Notes: generated from the letters alone by a model not told the origin. DNA of 64,000 bases from Acidobacteria bacterium RIFCSPLOWO2_02_FULL_67_21 (GCA_001767195.1 MEKU01000007.1:53488-117487), one strand, 5' to 3'. Shown: positions 1-10,897, counted from the stretch's first letter. Numbers and translations: made by a program.

Positions 1-566
1 TCAAGCCGCACAAGAACCTCGTGCGGCTCATCGAGGCCTTCGATGTGCTGCGGCTGCGCGGGTTCGTCGATCTCAAGCTGCTCATCATCGGCGACGAGAT
101 CTCCAGGCTGCCGGCGCTGCGCCGGGCGGTGCACAGCCACAAGCTCCACAAGCACGTCCGGTTTCTCGGCTACCTGCCCGACGAGACGCTGGCCGTGCTC
201 TACCGGCTGGCGGCCGTCTTCGTCTTCCCGTCGCTCTACGAGGGGTTCGGCCTGCCTCCGCTGGAGGCGATGGCGTGCGGGGCGCCGGTGGTGACGTCGA
301 ACGTGTCGTCGCTCCCCGAGGTCACGGGCGATGCCGCCGTGCTCGTCGACCCCTACGACGTCGAGTCGATCGTGGATGGCGTGCAGCGGGTGCTGACCGA
401 TCCGGCGCTGGCGGCCGACCTGCGCGCGAAGGGAATCGCGCGGTCGCGCCAGTTCTCGTGGGCGCAGTCGGTGGCGCGGACGAGAGAGGTGTATCAGGAG
501 GTCGCGGGCAAGGGGGCACGGGGGCACAGGGGCACGGGGGCGAGGGGGCAAGGGGGCGGACACTGA
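1..566 (+). CDS. Glycosyltransferase family 4 (group 1), C-terminal part; the 5' end lies upstream of the window
   Basis: Frame is open from nt 3. [29 protein letters not shown] is the typical GT4 C-terminal core. The last ~19 aa ([19 protein letters not shown]) are encoded by a G-rich repeat. Confidence 0.8.
   Translation, partial: KPHKNLVRLIEAFDVLRLRGFVDLKLLIIGDEISRLPALRRAVHSHKLHKHVRFLGYLPDETLAVLYRLAAVFVFPSLYEGFGLPPLEAMACGAPVVTSNVSSLPEVTGDAAVLVDPYDVESIVDGVQRVLTDPALAADLRAKGIARSRQFSWAQSVARTREVYQEVAGKGARGHRGTGARGQGGGH
506..556 (+). repeat. G-rich GGGGCA(A/C)-type repeat tract with seven G3-5 runs and G-quadruplex potential
   Basis: Direct reading: gggcaagggggcacgggggcacaggggcacgggggcgagggggcaagggggcgg. 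Related copies at 33821-33841, 37226-37246, 38342-38397 and 39363-39382. Confidence 0.7.
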
Positions 567-1675
567 GGACGGCGCTCGTCCATGACTGGCTGACGGGGAT
601 GCGGGGCGGTGAGCGGGTGCTCGAGGCGCTCTGCGAGCTCTGCCCCGGCGCCGATATCTTCACCCTGTACCACCGCCGCGGCGCCGTGTCGCCGATCATC
701 GAGCGCCACCGCATCATCACGTCGTTCGTGCAGCGGCTCCCGTGGGCGGGCGCCTACTACCGCCAGTATCTGCCCGTCTTTCCGCTGGCCGTCGAGCAAT
801 TCAATCTGGACGCGTACGACCTGGTGATCAGCTCGAGCCACTGTGCCGCGAAGGCGGCCATCCCGGCCGGCCGCGCCCGGCATCTCTGCTACTGCCACTC
901 GCCGATGCGCTATGCCTGGGATCAGTTCGACGCGTACTTCGGGCCCGCCCGGGTCGGGCGACTGGCGAGCCGGTGGATGTACCGGCCCATCATGGCGCGC
1001 ATGGCCCGGTGGGACGGGTCCACGGCGTCGCGCGTGCACCGCTTCGTCGCCAACTCCGCGCACGTTGCGGCCCGGATCCGCCGATACTATAATCGCGGAG
1101 CGACGATCGTGTATCCGCCGGTCGACACGGTCTTCTACCATCCCGCCGACGTTCCACCCGACAGCCGATTCTTCATCGTGTCGGCGCTCGTTCCGTACAA
1201 GCGGATCGATCTGGCGATTGCCGCCTGCAACCGCCTGGGTGCGCGGCTGCGGGTCGCAGGAGACGGCCCCGACCGCGCGCGGCTCGAGGCGGCGGCGGGG
1301 CCGACCGTCGAGTTCCTGGGCCGGGTGAGCGACGAGCAGCTGCGGGACGAGTACCGGCGCGCGCTGGCCGTCATCTTGCCCGGCGAGGAAGACTTCGGTA
1401 TCGTGCCAGTCGAGGCGCATGCCTGCGGCCGGCCCGTGGTCGCGCTCGCCCGCGGCGGCGCGCGTGAGACGGTCATCGACGGCGAGAACGGCGTGCTCTT
1501 CGACGATCCGGGCGCGGGGGCGCTGGCCGCGGCGCTCGAACGGGCCGCGCGCGAGCGGTTCGATCCGGCGCGCATCCGCGCGACGGCCGAACGATTTGCG
1601 CGCGACCGCCACGTGCAGCGTATGCGCGACATCATCGACGACACGCTCGCCGCGCCGGACGGAACACGATGGTAA
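563..1675 (+). CDS. Glycosyltransferase family 4 (group 1); start uncertain
   Basis: The conserved family N-terminus ALVHDWLTGMRGGERVLE begins right after nt 563. The only start-like in-frame codon there is CTG 563; alternatives are GTG ~458 or ATG 599. C-terminal EDFGIVPVEAHACGRPVV motif. Confidence 0.75.
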   Translation: MRTALVHDWLTGMRGGERVLEALCELCPGADIFTLYHRRGAVSPIIERHRIITSFVQRLPWAGAYYRQYLPVFPLAVEQFNLDAYDLVISSSHCAAKAAIPAGRARHLCYCHSPMRYAWDQFDAYFGPARVGRLASRWMYRPIMARMARWDGSTASRVHRFVANSAHVAARIRRYYNRGATIVYPPVDTVFYHPADVPPDSRFFIVSALVPYKRIDLAIAACNRLGARLRVAGDGPDRARLEAAAGPTVEFLGRVSDEQLRDEYRRALAVILPGEEDFGIVPVEAHACGRPVVALARGGARETVIDGENGVLFDDPGAGALAAALERAARERFDPARIRATAERFARDRHVQRMRDIIDDTLAAPDGTRW

Positions 1676-3111
1676 GACGCTATAACCGCCTCCTCGTCGC
1701 TCTGCACATCTGCGCGGACATCGTGCTCGCGGCGTGGGCGTTCGTGCTCGCGTACGGCATCCGCTTCGAAAGCGGCCTCATTCCCGTCACCCGGGGCTAC
1801 CCGCCGTTCGAGCAGTACGTCAACGTCCTGCCGTTCGTGGCGCTCCTGACGCCGCTCGCCTTCCAGCTGCAGGGCGTCTATCGGCTGCGGCGCGGCCGCT
1901 CGCGCGTCGACGACTTCTTCGCCGTGCTCGTCGGCTCGATTCTCGCGGTCGTCCTCGGCGTCATCTCCACGTTGTACGTTCAGGCGTACTTTGCCTCCGA
2001 GGAGGCCAAGGCGCGCGGCGCCTACGAAGTCTCCCAGCTGGTCTGGGCGCTCTTCCTCGTCCTCAACGTCGTCTTCACGTACAGCCTCCGCGAGGGGATC
2101 CGCGAGCTGCTCGAGCGCCGGTGGCGGGCCGGCAAGGGCCTCAAGCGGATCCTGATTGCCGGCACCGGAGACCTCGGCCGCATGGTCGCCGACCGGATCC
2201 TCCTGCACCGCGAGCTCGGGTACCAGGTCATCGGCTTCGTCGACGATCGGGCCGGCGGCGACCACATCGGCTACCGGGGCCTGCCGCTGCTCGGGACGCT
2301 GGCCGAAGTCGGCGACATCGCCCAGCGCGACCGGGTCGACCATCTCTACGTCGCGCTTCCGCTCGAGGAGCACGCCAAGCTGCTCGACCTGATCGAGCTG
2401 ACCAGCCGCGAGTGCATCGATGTCAAGGTCGTGCCGGATCTGCTCCAGTTCATCGCCCTGCGCGCCCGCCTGGAGGATCTCGACGGCCTGCCGATTATCA
2501 ACGTCAACGACGTGCCGCTGCAGGGCATCAACACCTGGATCAAGCGCGCGATCGACATGGCCGTCTCGTCGGTCGCGGTGGTCGCCCTCGCGATCCCGTT
2601 CGCGCTGATTGCCGCGCTCATCAAGCTCACCTCGCGCGGGCCCATCTTCTACCGCCAGGAGCGCATGGGCCTCGACGGCAAGGCGTTCACCGTCTACAAG
2701 TTCCGATCGATGGAAGAGGGCGCCGAAGACTCCACCGGCCCCATCTGGGCTCGCGACGACGACCCGCGCGCGACGGCGGTGGGCCGATGGCTGCGGCGTC
2801 TGGATCTGGATGAGCTCCCGCAGCTCTGGAACGTGCTCCGCGGCGACATGTCGGTCGTCGGCCCGCGTCCGGAGCGGCCGTATTTCGTCGAGCAGTTCAA
2901 GCACCGGATTCCGTCGTACATGCTCCGCCACAAGGTCAAGGCGGGCATCACCGGCTGGGCGCAGGTGAACGGCTGGCGAGGCAACACGTCGCTCGAGAAG
3001 CGCATCGAGTACGACCTCTACTACATCGAAAACTGGTCGGTGACGCTCGACCTCAAGATCATGTGGCTCACGCTGGTGCGCGGTCTCTTCCAGCGAAGCC
3101 CCGCCATGTAG
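1669..3111 (+). CDS. Exopolysaccharide polyprenyl glycosylphosphotransferase (WbaP/bacterial sugar transferase family)
   Basis: N-terminal TM segments and a C-terminal sugar-transferase domain (PRPERPYFV...[15 protein letters not shown]...DLYYIENWS). The ATG overlaps the upstream stop. Confidence 0.85.
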   Translation: MVRRYNRLLVALHICADIVLAAWAFVLAYGIRFESGLIPVTRGYPPFEQYVNVLPFVALLTPLAFQLQGVYRLRRGRSRVDDFFAVLVGSILAVVLGVISTLYVQAYFASEEAKARGAYEVSQLVWALFLVLNVVFTYSLREGIRELLERRWRAGKGLKRILIAGTGDLGRMVADRILLHRELGYQVIGFVDDRAGGDHIGYRGLPLLGTLAEVGDIAQRDRVDHLYVALPLEEHAKLLDLIELTSRECIDVKVVPDLLQFIALRARLEDLDGLPIINVNDVPLQGINTWIKRAIDMAVSSVAVVALAIPFALIAALIKLTSRGPIFYRQERMGLDGKAFTVYKFRSMEEGAEDSTGPIWARDDDPRATAVGRWLRRLDLDELPQLWNVLRGDMSVVGPRPERPYFVEQFKHRIPSYMLRHKVKAGITGWAQVNGWRGNTSLEKRIEYDLYYIENWSVTLDLKIMWLTLVRGLFQRSPAM

Positions 3112-3116
3112 GCGAT

Positions 3117-4049
3117 ATGAGAGCCGTCGTGACCGGCGCCGCCGGCTTCATCGGGTCGCATCTCTGCGACGCGCTCCTCGCCCGCGGGTTCACCGTGGTC
3201 GGCCTCGACAATCTGATCACGGGCGACCTCACCAACGTCGCCCATCTCACCGGACGCGGCTTCGAGCTCGTCCGGCACGACGTCACGCGTCAGATCGCCG
3301 TGGACGGCCCGGTGGACGTCGTGCTGCACTGGGCAAGCCCCGCCAGCCCGATCGACTATCTGGAGCTGCCGATTCAGACGCTGAAGGTCGGGTCGCTCGG
3401 CACCCACAACGCGCTCGGCCTTGCGCTCGCGAAGGGTGCGCGGTTCGTGCTGGCTTCCACCTCGGAGGTGTACGGCGACCCGCTCGAGCACCCGCAGAAG
3501 GAGACGTACTGGGGGAACGTCAATCCGATCGGGCCGCGGGGCGTCTATGACGAGGCGAAGCGGTTTGCGGAGGCGATGACGCTCGCGTACCACCGGTCCC
3601 ACGGCGTCGACACCAGGATCGTGCGCATCTTCAACACGTACGGGCCGCGGATGCGCCTCCGGGACGGCCGGGCCGTGCCCGCCTTCATGTCGCAGGCGCT
3701 TCGGGGCGAGGACGTCACCGTGTTCGGCGACGGCACGCAGACGCGCAGCTTCTGCTACGTGAGCGACCTGGTCGACGGGGTGCTGCGGCTCATGGATGCG
3801 TCGACCCACGAGCCGGTCAACATCGGCAACCCGCACGAGATCACGATCGAAGAGATCGCCCGCACCATCATCCGTCTCGTCGGCTCCCGCAGCCGCATCG
3901 TCTATCGGCCGCTGCCGGTCGACGACCCGCGGCAGCGCCGCCCCGATATCACCCGGGCGCGCACGCTCCTCGGATGGGAGCCCACCGTGGGGCTCGACAC
4001 GGGACTGCTGCAGACCGTGGACTACTTCAAAGCCAAGCTCGGCGTGTGA
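3117..4049 (+). CDS. UDP-glucuronate decarboxylase-like NAD-dependent epimerase/dehydratase (extended SDR)
   Basis: [15 protein letters not shown] Rossmann motif, [15 protein letters not shown] (YxxxK), [10 protein letters not shown]. Start moved to the internal ATG 3117 of ORF 3063..4049. Confidence 0.85.
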   Translation: MRAVVTGAAGFIGSHLCDALLARGFTVVGLDNLITGDLTNVAHLTGRGFELVRHDVTRQIAVDGPVDVVLHWASPASPIDYLELPIQTLKVGSLGTHNALGLALAKGARFVLASTSEVYGDPLEHPQKETYWGNVNPIGPRGVYDEAKRFAEAMTLAYHRSHGVDTRIVRIFNTYGPRMRLRDGRAVPAFMSQALRGEDVTVFGDGTQTRSFCYVSDLVDGVLRLMDASTHEPVNIGNPHEITIEEIARTIIRLVGSRSRIVYRPLPVDDPRQRRPDITRARTLLGWEPTVGLDTGLLQTVDYFKAKLGV

Positions 4050-4060
4050 GATGACCTCCG

Positions 4061-4618
4061 TCAACTCGGCTCGTTGATCAGCTTCCGCAGCTTGAAGAAA
4101 TAGTCGATCCCCGAGATCAGCGTGAGCGCGAGCGACAGCCAGATGACGGCGCCGATGATCGGGCTCTGCTCGCGCCGCACGTTGTAGTACATCACCACGA
4201 GCGCCGTCACGATGTACGTGGCGGTGGCCAGCTTGCCCCAGATGGACGGCGTGAACCGCCGCGGCCCGATCGCGACGCTGACGATCGCCACCACCCCCAC
4301 GATGACGATGTCGCGGCTGATGACGAAGACGGTCAGCCAGAGCGGAAGGTGGTGGGTCAGCGGCACCCCGGGCAACGTGAGGACGACGAATGTCGTCACC
4401 AGGAGCAGCTTGTCGGCCATCGGATCGAGCCAGGCGCCAAGAGCCGTCCGCTGCCCGGCGCGCCTGGCGATGAGCCCGTCGAGCGCGTCGGTGGATCCCG
4501 CAACGAGAAACGTGCCGAGCGCCCAGCCAAGGTGGCCGTAGACCACCAGCAGCACGAAGACGGGGACCAGCATCACCCGCAGAATCGTCAGCTGGTTGGC
4601 GAACGTCAGATTGCCCAC
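4061..4618 (-). CDS. pgsA: CDP-diacylglycerol--glycerol-3-phosphate 3-phosphatidyltransferase
   Basis: CDP-alcohol phosphatidyltransferase motif DALDGLIARRAGQRTALGAWLDPMADK and multiple TM segments. Confidence 0.8.
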   Translation of the reverse strand: MGNLTFANQLTILRVMLVPVFVLLVVYGHLGWALGTFLVAGSTDALDGLIARRAGQRTALGAWLDPMADKLLLVTTFVVLTLPGVPLTHHLPLWLTVFVISRDIVIVGVVAIVSVAIGPRRFTPSIWGKLATATYIVTALVVMYYNVRREQSPIIGAVIWLSLALTLISGIDYFFKLRKLINEPS

Positions 4619-4625
4619 GGGTGAT

Positions 4626-5969
4626 TCAGCGCGAGCCGGCGGCCAGCGCGCGGAGACGGCCGACAGCCTCGACAGCCTCGGCCCCCGATACCGGGCGTCC
4701 CACGGAGAAGCGCCCGCCCTCGAGCAGCGGCATGACGCCGGCGGCGACGGCGGCAGCGGCCGCCGGATAGCTCAGGTGACTGGCCGTCATGTCGGCGATC
4801 GCCGGCTGTTCCGTCAGCGCCGGGCGGAGCCCGGGACGGTCGCTGGCGAGCCGTGCCACGATCTGCCGCACCGCGCCCGCGAGATCGCCGCGCGTCACGC
4901 CGCTCTCCGGCTGGAATGTATGGTTCGCAAAGGGCTCGATGATGCCCGCCCTCGCCACGAGCGCAATCCAGGAGGCGGCCCAGTGGCCGGCGGCGTCGGT
5001 GACCACGATTTCACGGGGCGGCGCCGTCCGCAGGACTCCTTCGAGGCGCACGCCGATGAGCGCGGCCAGTTCGCCCCGCGTCATCTGCGTGCTGGCAGGG
5101 ATCGCCCGGAAGGGCTCCGGCAGCCTCGCTTCACTGGCGCGCTCCAGCACGGCGGCAAGCCGGGCCGATGCCCGCGACCCAGGCTCGAGCGCCGCCGCAC
5201 GACGGTACGCGGCTTCGGCGCCCGAGAGGTCCTGGCGCGCCTCGAGCAGCTCTCCAACGTCGATCAGCGCGGCCGCATCGGAGGGGTCCAGCTCCGCCGC
5301 GCGTCGGAAATGTCCGAGGGCCGCGTCGGTATGCCCCTGACGGCGCTCGAGGATGCCGAGCTCGCGATGCAGAAAGGCGCTCTCGGGCGACGCCGCGACC
5401 GCCTGTTCGTAGGCGCGCACCGCCTCGTCCGGACGTCCGGCCGCGGCGGCGGAGCGGGCGCGCTCGATCAGATCCTGCAGGCCGCGGAACCGCAGCACGT
5501 CGACGCGCTGCCGCACGCCCGCCAGCGTGGCATCGACAGCCAGGGCGGCCTCGAAAGCGTCGAGCGCTTCCTGATCGCGATTGAGCTCCAGAAGCGCCTG
5601 GCCGTGCCCGACGAGCGCGGGCAGGTAGGCCGGCGCCGCCTTGAGCGCCGACCCGAACGCCTCCGTCGCAGCCGCAAAGTCCTTTCGCGCGAGCGCGACG
5701 TAGCCAATCCCGGTGCGGGCCGGGTAGAACCCCGCGCGCCCCAGCGCGGCCGAAAACTCGCGGTCCGCGGCTTGAAGGTTGTCGTTCTGCAGAAATCGCC
5801 AGCCACGTTCGATCGACTCGCTCGGCCCGCTGCCCGCGGCGCCGGGAACCGCCGGATACATGAAGTCGGGGTACGCCGGGACCGCCGGCAGCGGCGGCGC
5901 CGGGTTGGCGGCGCAGCCGGCACACACCACGAGCAGGGCCAGCGCCGCGAATCGGCGCACATCACTCAT
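4626..5969 (-). CDS. Lipoprotein with TPR repeats and C-terminal SLH domains
   Basis: Signal and lipobox (LLVVCAGC), several TPR-like repeats, and SLH-like segments (DAAGHWAASWIALVARAGIIEPF..FQPESGVTRGDLA). Confidence 0.6.
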   Translation of the reverse strand: MSDVRRFAALALLVVCAGCAANPAPPLPAVPAYPDFMYPAVPGAAGSGPSESIERGWRFLQNDNLQAADREFSAALGRAGFYPARTGIGYVALARKDFAAATEAFGSALKAAPAYLPALVGHGQALLELNRDQEALDAFEAALAVDATLAGVRQRVDVLRFRGLQDLIERARSAAAAGRPDEAVRAYEQAVAASPESAFLHRELGILERRQGHTDAALGHFRRAAELDPSDAAALIDVGELLEARQDLSGAEAAYRRAAALEPGSRASARLAAVLERASEARLPEPFRAIPASTQMTRGELAALIGVRLEGVLRTAPPREIVVTDAAGHWAASWIALVARAGIIEPFANHTFQPESGVTRGDLAGAVRQIVARLASDRPGLRPALTEQPAIADMTASHLSYPAAAAAVAAGVMPLLEGGRFSVGRPVSGAEAVEAVGRLRALAAGSR

Positions 5970-7260
5970 TCGCGTCCGCTCCTTCGGCGGGGGTCGTCAG
6001 CCGGGCGATGTACCGGCGTGGCACGTCAGCCTCGATCAGGACGCGCCCGTTGGTCGCCACATGGCTGACCACGCGGGCCACCCTGTACAAGCGCGCAATC
6101 TGGGCGCGATCGAACTCCTTGCCGCTGTCGAAGGCGATCGTAATACGCCGGGTGTCGAGCGCCAGCCGCGCCGCAATCATCTGCACCAGCTCGTTCAGCC
6201 CTTCCCCCGACCGGGCCGAAATCAGGGCGGCCGCCGGGTCGCGGTCGGTGATCCGGCGCCGCTCGTCGGCCGATATCAGATCGATCTTGTTGTAGACGTC
6301 GACCACCGGCACGCCGGTGGCGCCCAGCTCTTCGAGCACGCGGCGCACCGCCGCCATCCGCTGATCGCGCTCCGGATCGGCCGCGTCGATGACATGGAGC
6401 GCCAGGCTGGCCTCGGCGACCTCCTCGAGCGTGGCCCGGAACGCGGCGACGAGCGCGTGCGGCAGCCGGTCGATGAAGCCGACCGTGTCCGACACGAGGA
6501 GCTCGCGCCGGTCGGGCAGTCGCACGCGCCGCACGAGCGGATCGAGCGTCACGAACAGCGCGTCGGAGGCGGCTGCCCGCTCGTTGGTCAGCCGGTTGAA
6601 CAGGCTCGTCTTGCCGGCATTCGTATAGCCGACGAGCGCGACCGTCGGGACCAGCTGCTTCTGCCGCCGCTCGCGCAGCTGGGCCCGGCGCTGCCGCACG
6701 CGATCGATCTCACGCTGGATGGCCTGAATGCGCATGCGGATGCGGCGGCGGTCGGTCTCGAGCTTCGTCTCGCCGGGCCCCCGGGTCCCGATGCCGCCGC
6801 CCAGCCGCGACAGGGCCGCGCCGGCACCCACCAGTCTCGGGAGCAGATACTGGAGCTGTGCGAGCTCGACCTGCCACTTCCCTTCGCGCGTGCGCGCCCG
6901 CTTCGCAAAGATGTCGAGGATGAGCTGGGTGCGGTCCAGCACCTTCCGCTGGAGCACCTCCTCGAGCTGGCGGAGCTGTGCCGGCGTCAGCTCGTTGTCG
7001 AACACGACAAGGTCGACACCGGCGCCGGCACAGGCAGTCGCCAGCGACGCCGCCTTGCCGCTGCCGATGAAGGTTTTCGAGTCGGGCTTCGGCCTTTCCT
7101 GGAGCACCCGCAGAACGACCGACGCGCCGGCCGCCTCGGCTAGGCCGTGCAGCTCGTCGAGAGAACGATCGGCGTCGGCGCGCCGCATCGAGCCGGTGAC
7201 CAGGCCCACCAGCGCAGCGCGTTCGGTTCCGGGAGGAAACGACGTACGACGGTCCGTCAT
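5962..7260 (-). CDS. hflX: GTPase HflX
   Basis: HflX N-terminal domain plus G-domain (GYTNAGKTSLFNRLT, DTVGFI, NKIDL). Confidence 0.9.
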   Translation of the reverse strand: MTDRRTSFPPGTERAALVGLVTGSMRRADADRSLDELHGLAEAAGASVVLRVLQERPKPDSKTFIGSGKAASLATACAGAGVDLVVFDNELTPAQLRQLEEVLQRKVLDRTQLILDIFAKRARTREGKWQVELAQLQYLLPRLVGAGAALSRLGGGIGTRGPGETKLETDRRRIRMRIQAIQREIDRVRQRRAQLRERRQKQLVPTVALVGYTNAGKTSLFNRLTNERAAASDALFVTLDPLVRRVRLPDRRELLVSDTVGFIDRLPHALVAAFRATLEEVAEASLALHVIDAADPERDQRMAAVRRVLEELGATGVPVVDVYNKIDLISADERRRITDRDPAAALISARSGEGLNELVQMIAARLALDTRRITIAFDSGKEFDRAQIARLYRVARVVSHVATNGRVLIEADVPRRYIARLTTPAEGADANE

Positions 7261-7312
7261 CGAAAGCCGCAGCGGGTACTACAATAGCACCCGATCTCAC
7301 GCCTGAACCCGG

Positions 7313-8527
7313 TCAGCTCTCCTCGATCGCGGGCGCCGACTCCGCCGGCGGATTCCGCTCGACCATCAGCCGGCGCACGATCACCGCCAGCACGACCAGC
7401 AGCACCAGGCCGGCGACGAAGACGGCGCGGATGCTGCGCGCGCCGACCAGGCCGCTCAGCACGGGGCTGATCGCTACGCCGATGAGCGAGGCGCCGGTCA
7501 GAAACCCGAATGCGGTGGCGTGCACCTCCTGTGGAATCACGGCCCCGCCGGCCGTATAGGCCGTCGTGATCGACGTGCCGATGCACAGCCCGGCCACGGC
7601 CATCGCACACGCCATCAACCACATCGCCGACGCCATGGTCAGGACGCCCAGCGCGCCGGCCGCCACCAGTACCGCCCACGCGATGATCGCGCGGGGCGAG
7701 TGCCGCCTGAGCAGTCGGTTGGACAGCTGGTTGCCAAGCGCGCCGGTGAACGCGAGCACGGAGAACAGGATGCCTGCCACCAGCGGTACGTCTTCCTGCG
7801 CGTAGCCGATCTCGCCGAGGTGCAGCGGCAGGATCGGGCCGAAGCTGCGGTCGACCAGCTGCAGCGCAAACAGCAGCACCATGATGAGCAGAAAGTTCTC
7901 GAACGCCAGGATCGACGCGAACGGCAGCCGGCGCCGGCCGCCGGGCGCCTGGGGCTGCCGCGGCGGCTCCCTGTAGAGGACGGTCACGAGCACGAAGGCC
8001 GCCGCGTAAAAGCCGGCCGCCACGAAGAAGGCATTGCGGAGGCCCACAGCCGGCGCCAGCACGCCGCCGATCACCGGGCCGAGTGCCGGCCCCATGCGCT
8101 GAGCGGTCTGCACCGTCCCGATGGCCGCCGCCATCTTGTCGCGCGGCGCCGACCGGGCGGCCATCGACAGCGTCAGCGGCCCGTACCCGGCGAAAAACCC
8201 CTGGATGGCACGGAGCGCGAACAGGTGCCAGGCCTTCGTGACGTAGGCCATGGCGGTCATGACGACGATGAAGCTGATGAGCGAGCGCTGGACGAGCAGC
8301 TTGCTGCCGAAGCGGTCCCCCACCCGCCCCCAGAGCGGCGCCGTCAGCGCGGCAATGGCCGGCGACACGCCGAGCGTGGCGCCCGTCCAGAGCGCGATCT
8401 CACCGATATCGCTGACGCCCAGCTGCCGGATGTAGAGCGGAAGAAACGGCATCACGAGCGTGAAGCCGGTAAAGCCGACGAAGGCGGCCGCCGTGATGGC
8501 TGCCTGATTGCGCTTCCAGGAATGCAC
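7313..8527 (-). CDS. MFS transporter
   Basis: 12-TM-like hydrophobic profile with MFS motifs (GRVGDRFGSK). Start set to GTG 8527 because the longer ORF would overlap glpX. Confidence 0.8.
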   Translation of the reverse strand: MHSWKRNQAAITAAAFVGFTGFTLVMPFLPLYIRQLGVSDIGEIALWTGATLGVSPAIAALTAPLWGRVGDRFGSKLLVQRSLISFIVVMTAMAYVTKAWHLFALRAIQGFFAGYGPLTLSMAARSAPRDKMAAAIGTVQTAQRMGPALGPVIGGVLAPAVGLRNAFFVAAGFYAAAFVLVTVLYREPPRQPQAPGGRRRLPFASILAFENFLLIMVLLFALQLVDRSFGPILPLHLGEIGYAQEDVPLVAGILFSVLAFTGALGNQLSNRLLRRHSPRAIIAWAVLVAAGALGVLTMASAMWLMACAMAVAGLCIGTSITTAYTAGGAVIPQEVHATAFGFLTGASLIGVAISPVLSGLVGARSIRAVFVAGLVLLVVLAVIVRRLMVERNPPAESAPAIEES

Positions 8528-8535
8528 CCGCGAGT

Positions 8536-9585
8536 TCAGAACCTGATCTTGACGTCCTTGGACGGATTGACCTGAATGCTGTCGATGAACCGGATCTGGT
8601 GCGGGTAGGTCTGCATGATGAGCGACGTGGTCCGCGTTCCTTCGCCGAAGAACCGCACCCCTCTCATGAGCGTTCCATCCGTCACGCCTGTGGCGGCAAA
8701 GATGATCCGCTCCCCCGACGCCAGATCCCGGGACCGGTAGACCTTCTTGATGTCCGTGATCCCCATCGCCCGGCACCGCTCTTCGTCCTCGGGCTTCCTG
8801 ATGACCAGCCTGGCGAAGATCTCGCCGTTCAGGCAGCGCATGGCCGCCGCCGTCAGCACGCCCTCGGGAGCGCCGCCGATGCCCATGACCGCATGCACCC
8901 CGCTGCCGACGACCGCGGCCGCAATCCCCGCCGAGAGATCGCCGTCGCTGATGAGCCGGATGCGGGCGCCCGTCGCACGGATCTCGTCGATGAGCGCCTC
9001 ATGCCGCGGCCGGTCGAGCACGATGACCACGAGGTCCTCGACCCTCCGGCCGAGCGCCTGGGCAATCGCGCGCAGGTTGAATCGGACGGGGGCGTCGAGG
9101 TCGACCACATCCTTCGAGCTCGGCCCGACCACGAGCTTCTCCATGTACAGGTCGGGCGCGTGCAGCAGGCCTCCTCGCTCCGACGCCGCAAGCACCGCGA
9201 TCGCGTTGGCGGCGCCGGTCGCGCACAGGTTCGTGCCCTCGAGCGGGTCGACCGCAATGTCGACCTGGGGAAACGAACGGCCGTTCGGCGCGCGGTGCGC
9301 CATGCCGACCTTCTCACCGATGTAGAGCATCGGCGCCTCGTCACGCTCACCCTCGCCGATCACAATCGTGCCGTCGATCGGCACGGAATCCATGACGCTC
9401 CGCATCGCCTCGACGGCCACCTGATCGGACTTGTGCCGATCGCCCTGTCCCATCGTCTGGGCGCAGGCGATCGCCGCCTGCTCGACGACCCGCAGGAAAT
9501 CGAGCGACAGATCGGAGTCCATGAACTTTTCGCTCGTCACGTCAGTCCCGGCGCCCGGCGAACCCGCCGTCCGCGTCAGCGTCAT
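8536..9585 (-). CDS. glpX: Class II fructose-1,6-bisphosphatase GlpX
   Basis: Strong GlpX similarity ([35 protein letters not shown]). Alternative start ATG 9522 (MDSDLSLDF). Confidence 0.9.
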   Translation of the reverse strand: MTLTRTAGSPGAGTDVTSEKFMDSDLSLDFLRVVEQAAIACAQTMGQGDRHKSDQVAVEAMRSVMDSVPIDGTIVIGEGERDEAPMLYIGEKVGMAHRAPNGRSFPQVDIAVDPLEGTNLCATGAANAIAVLAASERGGLLHAPDLYMEKLVVGPSSKDVVDLDAPVRFNLRAIAQALGRRVEDLVVIVLDRPRHEALIDEIRATGARIRLISDGDLSAGIAAAVVGSGVHAVMGIGGAPEGVLTAAAMRCLNGEIFARLVIRKPEDEERCRAMGITDIKKVYRSRDLASGERIIFAATGVTDGTLMRGVRFFGEGTRTTSLIMQTYPHQIRFIDSIQVNPSKDVKIRF

Positions 9586-9634
9586 TCCATCCTCCCTGGC
9601 AGGTCACAAGGCACAAGGCTCAACGTCGCGGCAC

Positions 9635-10873
9635 CTATTGTGACTTGGATCCTGGATCTTGTGCCTTGTCATGATCTGTCCATGCGGGCAGGTTGCACCG
9701 GATGGGGCGATCGACCCGGTACCCGAGCGCGTAGTCCGCCTGCATCAGCTTGTGAATCTCCCGTGTGCCCTCGTAGATGACGGCGCCCTTGCAGTTCCGG
9801 TAGAACCGGCCGACCGGGTACTCGTCGGAGTAGCCGTTGGCGCCGTGGATCTGCACCGCGTCGCTGGCAGCCCGTTCGGAGGCCACCGTGGCAAACCACT
9901 TCGCAAGCCCGGTCTCCCTGGTGTTCCGGCGCCCGCCGTTCTTGAGCCAGCCGGCGCGCAGCCAGAGCAGCCGCGAGGCCTCGTAGTCGGACTCCATCTG
10001 CGCGATCATCTCTTTGACGAGCTGATGGGAACCGATCTCGACGCCGAAGGTCCGGCGCTCGCGCGCGTACTTCACGCTCGCATCACGGCAGGCGCGGATC
10101 AATCCGGTGGCGCCGGCCGCGACCGTGTATCGCCCCTGGTCGAGCGCGAACATCGCAATCTTGAACCCCTCGCCCTCCTCGCCGACGAGGTTCTCGCGCG
10201 GCACCTCCACGTCCTCCATCTTGAAGAACCCGGTGTTGCCCGCCAGAATGCCCCACTTCTCGGTCAGCGTGCCGCTCGAGAAGCCCTTGAACGCGCGCTC
10301 GACGATGAACGTGCTGAGGCCGGACGGATCGCGCCGTTTCTTCTTGTCGAGGTTGGTCCAGGCGAAGACAAGGAAGGTGTCGGCCACGTCGGCCAGCGAG
10401 ATCCACATCTTTTCGCCGGTCAACAGGTAACGGTCGCCTCGCCTGACCGCCACCGACTGGATGCCGCGCGCGTCGCTGCCCGCCGACGGCTCGGTCAGGC
10501 CGTAGCTGGCGATCGTCGTCCCCTGCGCCTGCGGCACCAGATACCGGCGCTTCTGGTCCTCGGTGCCCCATGAGAGGAGCGTCAGCGAGTTGAGGCCGGT
10601 ATGGACGGACAGAATGACGCGGAGCGAGGTGTCCACGTACTCGAGCTCTTCGCTGGCCAGCCCGAGGGCGATGTAGTCCATGCCGGCGCCCCCGTACTCG
10701 GACGGCACCGAGATGCCCAGCAGGCCGAGCGACGCCATCTGCGGCAGGATGCCGCGATCGAACCGGTGCGCGCGGTCGAGATCGTGAATCCGCGGGCTGA
10801 CTTCCCTGCCCGTCCACTCGCGGATGGACTGCTCCAGCAGCCGATGGTCCTCGGCCAGATCGAAATTGACCAT
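9635..10873 (-). CDS. Acyl-CoA dehydrogenase family protein
   Basis: GLTEPSAGSD, GEKMWIS and C-terminal YEGTREIH motifs. Start at ATG 10873 (MVNFDLAEDH); the upstream part of the ORF translates repeat DNA. Confidence 0.85.
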   Translation of the reverse strand: MVNFDLAEDHRLLEQSIREWTGREVSPRIHDLDRAHRFDRGILPQMASLGLLGISVPSEYGGAGMDYIALGLASEELEYVDTSLRVILSVHTGLNSLTLLSWGTEDQKRRYLVPQAQGTTIASYGLTEPSAGSDARGIQSVAVRRGDRYLLTGEKMWISLADVADTFLVFAWTNLDKKKRRDPSGLSTFIVERAFKGFSSGTLTEKWGILAGNTGFFKMEDVEVPRENLVGEEGEGFKIAMFALDQGRYTVAAGATGLIRACRDASVKYARERRTFGVEIGSHQLVKEMIAQMESDYEASRLLWLRAGWLKNGGRRNTRETGLAKWFATVASERAASDAVQIHGANGYSDEYPVGRFYRNCKGAVIYEGTREIHKLMQADYALGYRVDRPIRCNLPAWTDHDKAQDPGSKSQ

Positions 10874-10897
10874 CCCGCACAACGTACCACAGGTAAA

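Noticed and set aside
8528-8776. The N-terminal extension of the MFS ORF (7313..8776)
   Set aside because: It would overlap the 3' end of glpX by 240 nt and has non-membrane, His/Arg/Gly-rich composition. GTG 8527 precedes the first TM helix.
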